Notes under the pieces: generated by a model | Seen by the model: the letters and a program-made list of their open reading frames with translations, nothing else | Told to the model about the DNA's origin: nothing | The model's database searches: none | In this document: piece after piece, positions 60,066 through 64,000 of the stretch | Numbering within the stretch: the stretch's first letter is position 1 | Layout of the letters: each line of letters begins with the position of its first letter | Made by a program: the position numbers and the translations under genes | From: Patescibacteria group bacterium | Lineage (GTDB): Bacteria > Patescibacteriota > Patescibacteriia > JAHJFT01 | Direction: 5' to 3' | DNA length: 64,000 nucleotides | NCBI GenBank assembly: GCA_028710985.1 | Contig: JAQTTB010000002.1 | Location: 6,888 to 70,887 of the forward strand

Positions 60066-60935
60066 ATGAAAAAAGCGCTCGTATTCTACAATCCCAAGGC
60101 CGGCATTGTTTCCAAAAATAAAAAACGGCAGAAGCTCGTTGACGCGCTGGACCAGGCCGGCATCCAATCCCAGACTGTTCTGGTGCAGGATTATTGTAAA
60201 AAAAATTACCCGTCCAATGCACAATGTGATGTCGTGATTGCCGCCGGCGGCGACGGCACCATTTGCTTAGCCGCAAACTACATCATGAAACATTGTCCCG
60301 GAACGCCGCTCGGCATCATTCCCATGGGCTCGGGAAATCTTTTCGCCGAAACCATGTCCATTCCGGTAAATTTCGAACGCGCGATCAAAACCATCGCCGC
60401 CGCCAAAACAAAAAAAATTGATCTTGGCCTGGTGGACGGCCGTGAATATTTTGTATTATCATTTTCAATTGGCCACATGGCCGAAGTCATCTGCCGCACC
60501 CCGCAGTGTGATAAACAGCGCTACGGATTTTTTGCCTACCTCAAGGCCTTCATCATCCGCCGTATCAAAATTCGCCAGTTTGAATTTGAGGTTGACGGCA
60601 AGCCGTTCAAAATATTTGGCAATAATCTTTTTATATTCAACGGCATCCGCTTTTTTGGCTTCACCCCGGCAAAAAAATCCGATTGCCAGGACGGCGAGTT
60701 GGATCTTTTCATCACCTCCAACCGCTCGTTCATCGGCTGGTGGCAGGCCTTTTTATACATGGTACTTTTTAAAAAACCGCCGCACCTTGTCTCTACCACT
60801 TCAGGAAAAGAGTTTATCATTCACTCCACCGAAACTGGCGATCTTCGCGCCCAGATTGACGGCGACCGGCTGGAGCTCGGCCGAAGCGCCAAGATTACCA
60901 TCGTGCCATCTGTTCTTGATGTCATAACTCCCTAA
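60066..60935 (+). CDS. diacylglycerol-kinase-family lipid kinase (YegS/BmrU-like)
   Basis: DAGK_cat motifs VVIAAGGDGT and GIIPMGSGNLFA. Confidence 0.8.
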   Translation: MKKALVFYNPKAGIVSKNKKRQKLVDALDQAGIQSQTVLVQDYCKKNYPSNAQCDVVIAAGGDGTICLAANYIMKHCPGTPLGIIPMGSGNLFAETMSIPVNFERAIKTIAAAKTKKIDLGLVDGREYFVLSFSIGHMAEVICRTPQCDKQRYGFFAYLKAFIIRRIKIRQFEFEVDGKPFKIFGNNLFIFNGIRFFGFTPAKKSDCQDGELDLFITSNRSFIGWWQAFLYMVLFKKPPHLVSTTSGKEFIIHSTETGDLRAQIDGDRLELGRSAKITIVPSVLDVITP

Positions 60936-60939
60936 ATTT

Positions 60940-61530
60940 ATGTCAAACCGTTTTTTTGAAATAAAAGAAAAACTCCTCTCTTCCACTGTCCGGCATTTTC
61001 CGCGTTTTATAACGCCCAACCTGATCACCATAATGCGGATATTTTTTTTGCCGGTAATTATTTATTACATCCTCCATGGCAGGTTATTCGTAGCCATGAT
61101 TTTTTTCATTATAGTTTTTCTCCTTGACGTACTCGACGGTCCGCTCGCGCGAAGTCGAGGCCTGGTCACCAATTTCGGCGCGCTCGCCGATCCGTTTATT
61201 GATAAAATAATCTTCATCACCGTCCTGCTGCTTGTCACCTGGAACTCCCTGCCGCATTCGGTTATCTATACAATACTCGCCCTGGAAATTATGATGATGC
61301 TGGTCGCCGCCGTGCTCGCGCCTGTTGCTAAAAAACTTAACTTTAAATTCAAGGTCGGCGCCAACAAGTGGGGAAAATACAAAATGGTACTACAATTCGC
61401 CGGCATTGTCCTGATCATGGCCGCGCCGGAAAATCGAATTGTCATTGAAATCGCCACCGTATTTTTCTGCCTGGCGATAATCTATTCCGCCCGCAGCCTG
61501 GTCACCCACTGCAAGTCAATACAGCAATAA
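60940..61530 (+). CDS. CDP-alcohol phosphatidyltransferase (PgsA-like)
   Basis: D-G-x2-A-R...G-x3-D-x3-D motif LDVLDGPLARSRGLVTNFGALADPFIDK. Confidence 0.8.
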   Translation: MSNRFFEIKEKLLSSTVRHFPRFITPNLITIMRIFFLPVIIYYILHGRLFVAMIFFIIVFLLDVLDGPLARSRGLVTNFGALADPFIDKIIFITVLLLVTWNSLPHSVIYTILALEIMMMLVAAVLAPVAKKLNFKFKVGANKWGKYKMVLQFAGIVLIMAAPENRIVIEIATVFFCLAIIYSARSLVTHCKSIQQ

Positions 61531-61548
61531 AAAACTTTCAAACAATAA

Positions 61549-61572
61549 AACACGCTCCCGCGTGTTTTTTTT
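61549..61572 (+). terminator. rho-independent terminator of the lipid operon
   Basis: ACACGCTCCCGCGTGT followed by TTTTTTTT. Confidence 0.6.
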
Positions 61573-61575
61573 ATT

Positions 61576-61712
61576 TGTCATCCTGAGCCCCCCGCATAGC
61601 GGGGCGGGCGAAGGATCTCACATTTCTCGCAAACCGCTGTGGCGCCATGAATAGTCATCACGAGACCGTGAGATCCTTCGCCCCGCCTTCGGCGGGACTC
61701 AGGATGACGACA
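61576..61712. repeat. MITE-like palindromic element: two inverted copies of an approx. 45-bp hairpin-containing repeat (GTCATCCTGAG-CCCGC-NNNN-GCGGGG-CGAAGGATCTCAC)
   Basis: Left copy 61577-61620 and right copy (reverse complement) 61668-61708. Each carries a CCCGC-tetraloop-GCGGG hairpin, as in the GIY-YIG element TIRs. Confidence 0.5.
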
Positions 61713-61771
61713 ACGTCTTGCGCGTAAAAAAAGGCCCATGGCTATACGCAAGGCCTGTTTTATAAAAATTA

Positions 61772-62239
61772 TTAATTCAACCGCCAAACGTTTATCGCGA
61801 GAAACGTGGCGAACGCCACCCAGCCGGCGTACGGCAGCATGAGCCATGCCGCAGCGCGCGAGCGCGGCCATTCCATAATCATTATCGCGATGACCGTGGC
61901 CTCGAGAAATATCATCTCCAAAATCGCAAGCCCCATCAAATGCCACGCAAACCACAGCACGCACCAAAACGCGTTCAAGAAACCGTTGATAATAAAAAGT
62001 ACGGCTATCATCCTGAATCCCGCGTCATGTGGAAACTTATTCCACGCGATCAAAAGCGAAATGGTGGAAAGAATGTAAATCACGGTCCACGCCGCGCCAA
62101 TGACCCAGCCCGGCGGAGCGAACGCCGGAAGTTTTAACGTATCGTACCAGTCCATTCCCATCCCGGTAAAATATGATCCCAGCCAGCCGATGGCGAACGT
62201 GACAAGCGGTATAATTATGTAATTTGGTTTAATTTTCAT
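61772..62239 (-). CDS. tspO: TspO/MBR family tryptophan-rich sensory protein
   Basis: 5 TM helices and Trp-rich motifs; trimmed to MKIKPNY (155 aa). Confidence 0.8.
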   Translation of the reverse strand: MKIKPNYIIIPLVTFAIGWLGSYFTGMGMDWYDTLKLPAFAPPGWVIGAAWTVIYILSTISLLIAWNKFPHDAGFRMIAVLFIINGFLNAFWCVLWFAWHLMGLAILEMIFLEATVIAIMIMEWPRSRAAAWLMLPYAGWVAFATFLAINVWRLN

Positions 62240-62244
62240 ATTTT

Positions 62245-62946
62245 TTATTCCTTGCCCGCGCCGGCATTCGCAAAACACTGCAATAATTCTTCGGTCATCT
62301 TCCACCCGCATTTTCCGTCCACCCCGCGCTCGCAAATCGCGTTGCGGTAGCAGAGATATTCGGTCTTGAATTCGCAAGTCGTAATCGTATCCTCGTCGGC
62401 GCAAACCTGGCCACTGCATCCGGTCACCACGCAGCCACCTCTCGCCCGCCAGCCTTCGGTGGCTGAAAGGTTAAAACGCACCGGTATACTGATCTCCTTG
62501 TCATTCTCCGGCAAACCGGACGCATTATCATTCATAAGTATGATTGTCCCGGTCTCGGTCTCTGGCTTGTCATAAACAATGGATGCCGTGAACGGCACAA
62601 AATCCTCGGTCATCCAGTCGCTTTGCGCCGCGGCCGCCACTTGTCCGAGCAGGTTACCGTTTCCGTCAACAAGCCGCACCGGAAACGATGCCTCAAAATA
62701 CCAGCCACCGCGCGCCTGTCCGGTCACAACGAGCGGGCTCCCAACCAGCGCGTCTTCAAGCGGCGACGTAACGCGAATCATGTCCGATAAATCAGCCACC
62801 ACCGGTGTTTCGTTAATCTCTTCGCCGGTTGGCAGCTGTGGCTCGGGCGCGGTTACCCGGGGCACCAAAGTCCAGTAATAATACGCCATGGCTCCGATAA
62901 AAACCAAAATAAACAATGCGATTACGATTTTCCATGTTTTGTTCAT
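62245..62946 (-). CDS. secreted hypothetical protein with Ig-like (Gmad2-type) domain and C-terminal 8-Cys module
   Basis: Signal/TM anchor and a Cys-rich C-terminus (CVVTGCSGQVCADED...CEF...CYRNAICERGVDGKCGW). Confidence 0.45.
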   Translation of the reverse strand: MNKTWKIVIALFILVFIGAMAYYYWTLVPRVTAPEPQLPTGEEINETPVVADLSDMIRVTSPLEDALVGSPLVVTGQARGGWYFEASFPVRLVDGNGNLLGQVAAAAQSDWMTEDFVPFTASIVYDKPETETGTIILMNDNASGLPENDKEISIPVRFNLSATEGWRARGGCVVTGCSGQVCADEDTITTCEFKTEYLCYRNAICERGVDGKCGWKMTEELLQCFANAGAGKE

Positions 62947-62964
62947 ACAAAAAATTAATAATTA

Positions 62965-63648
62965 TTATAATTCATAAATCACATCCTTGCGTTCCACCAC
63001 GATCTTCCAACCGCGCCGCTTTGCTTCGTCATAAAGCTTGCGGTTTGGATTGAAACAAACCGGATTTTCAACGGCTCCAAGCAGACTGATATCCCCCTCG
63101 CTGTCGCCCACACCGTACGAACCCTCGAGCGTGAGATCTTCTTTCTCGCGCGCCCTCTCCAAAATCTTGGCCTTGTCGGCAATCAAATCCGCATATTCCA
63201 TCACGCCGGTGAACTTTCCGTCATCGCCCACCACGTAAATCCGGCCGTAGACTTTATCAAAGCCCATGCCGTTCCCAAAATCCTGCACAATCTCCATGGG
63301 CGAATGAGAAATCGCGAGTAAAAAATAATCCTTGGATTTTAATTCGCGAACAAGATCGCGCGTGTACCGATAGACGCGATTCTTCATTTGCCCGATCACT
63401 CGGCCAACCACATTTTTAAACCGCGCGTAATCCACGCCGGCAATGTTATTATTATAAGCCGAAACCACGGCATTGATATAATCGTCGTAAGAGCCCCGCC
63501 GGTCCAGCCAGGCGGCATATTGGTTTTCAAACGCCCGGCGGAAATCTTTTGGAAAAAGGCCCTCGTCAACCATCTCGTTTACGAGCTCAATTAAAAGGCT
63601 GGACCGAAAAATCGTGCCGTCGATATCAAATATTGCAACTTTTTTCAT
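62965..63648 (-). CDS. HAD-superfamily hydrolase (subfamily IB-like)
   Basis: MKKVAIFDIDGTIF DxDGT motif; trimmed to the internal ATG. Confidence 0.7.
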   Translation of the reverse strand: MKKVAIFDIDGTIFRSSLLIELVNEMVDEGLFPKDFRRAFENQYAAWLDRRGSYDDYINAVVSAYNNNIAGVDYARFKNVVGRVIGQMKNRVYRYTRDLVRELKSKDYFLLAISHSPMEIVQDFGNGMGFDKVYGRIYVVGDDGKFTGVMEYADLIADKAKILERAREKEDLTLEGSYGVGDSEGDISLLGAVENPVCFNPNRKLYDEAKRRGWKIVVERKDVIYEL

Positions 63649-63652
63649 AAGA

Positions 63653-64000
63653 TTAACATTTCCCCGCGAGCTGACCGCAGGCGGCTTCAATATCCTGACC
63701 AAAACTCCAGCGCTGGGTCACATTCACCCCGGCCTGTGCCAAAATTTCTTTAAAGGCTTTTATGCGTTCGGCTTTTGACGCTAAGAAATTGCCGGTCGGA
63801 TTAAAGCGGATTAAATTGACAAAATATAATGGATTATTCATGAGCCGCGCCAGAGCGCGCGCGTCTTCGTCTGTGTCATTTACCCCGTCAATCATCAGAT
63901 ATTCAAACATCACCTTACGCCGCGTCTTCCCGGCGTACTGTGCCACCTCGGCCATGAGCTCGTCAAGCGGATATTTTTTGGCAATCGGCATGAGCCGGAC
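63653..64000 (-). CDS. rlmN: 23S rRNA/tRNA m2A methyltransferase RlmN (radical SAM), C-terminal part; gene continues beyond the window
   Basis: C-terminal motifs EYLMIDGVNDTDEDARALARLM, NLIRFNP, DIEAACGQL. The ORF stays open to the window edge. Confidence 0.8.
   Translation of the reverse strand, partial: VRLMPIAKKYPLDELMAEVAQYAGKTRRKVMFEYLMIDGVNDTDEDARALARLMNNPLYFVNLIRFNPTGNFLASKAERIKAFKEILAQAGVNVTQRWSFGQDIEAACGQLAGKC

Noticed and set aside
61578-61967. ORF 61578..61967 (minus, 129 aa)
   Set aside because: It overlaps the palindromic MITE-like element and the 3' end of tspO. The translation is Arg/Gly-rich junk, with no Shine-Dalgarno.

Overview
This 64-kb window looks like a small-genome bacterium; a Patescibacteria/CPR-like origin is only an inference from compact genes, short UvrA/UvrC and strong AAGGAGG Shine-Dalgarno sites. 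Most genes are housekeeping and tightly packed: glyA, folD, dnaB, recR, rplU, a Clp ATPase, tgt, ftsL-rsmH-mraZ, uvrC/uvrA/uvrB, a beta-CASP RNase, typA, csp, rpoD, dnaG, tspO and rlmN. Three accessory regions interrupt this backbone.

1. **Integron-like platform, 2.4-9.8 kb.** An AT-rich block sits next to a divergently oriented tyrosine recombinase that resembles integron integrases at the sequence level. The protein is only 270 aa and has no room for the IntI-specific insertion. At least five attC-like imperfect palindromes follow it. In four of them the 5' box (RYYYAAC) is the exact reverse complement of the GTTRRRY box that begins the same cassette, which is the integron cassette signature.
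   - Cassette 1 carries a Dam-like MTase, a putative REase and a membrane protein.
   - Cassette 2 is a reversed, GC-rich gene bracketed by 19-bp perfect inverted repeats.
   - One attC has been enlarged by a tiny TIR-bounded insertion carrying an 87-aa ORF.
2. **Probable integrative element at tRNA-Asn, about 40.2-52.6 kb.** A large serine recombinase reads into the tRNA. It sits beside a Rep-like wHTH gene with phased iteron / A-tract repeats, and beside a defence island containing a KAP P-loop NTPase, a DUF262-HNH GmrSD-like enzyme, an EcoRI-family N6A MTase and AbiEi/AbiEii.
3. **Two related hairpin-TIR mini-elements.** One carries a GIY-YIG nuclease (27.9-28.3 kb); the other is an empty MITE-like copy (61.6 kb).

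Other notable items:
- a 117-nt tRNA-like gene with a roughly 40-nt insertion in the anticodon region, next to a 500-bp GC-rich structured non-coding stretch
- a CarS(DUF46)-like / lipid kinase / PgsA-like putative lipid-salvage operon
- a membrane-anchored ClpB/C-like ATPase
- a cluster of DnaA boxes upstream of mraZ

All homology calls are from motif recognition by eye; no database searches were run.
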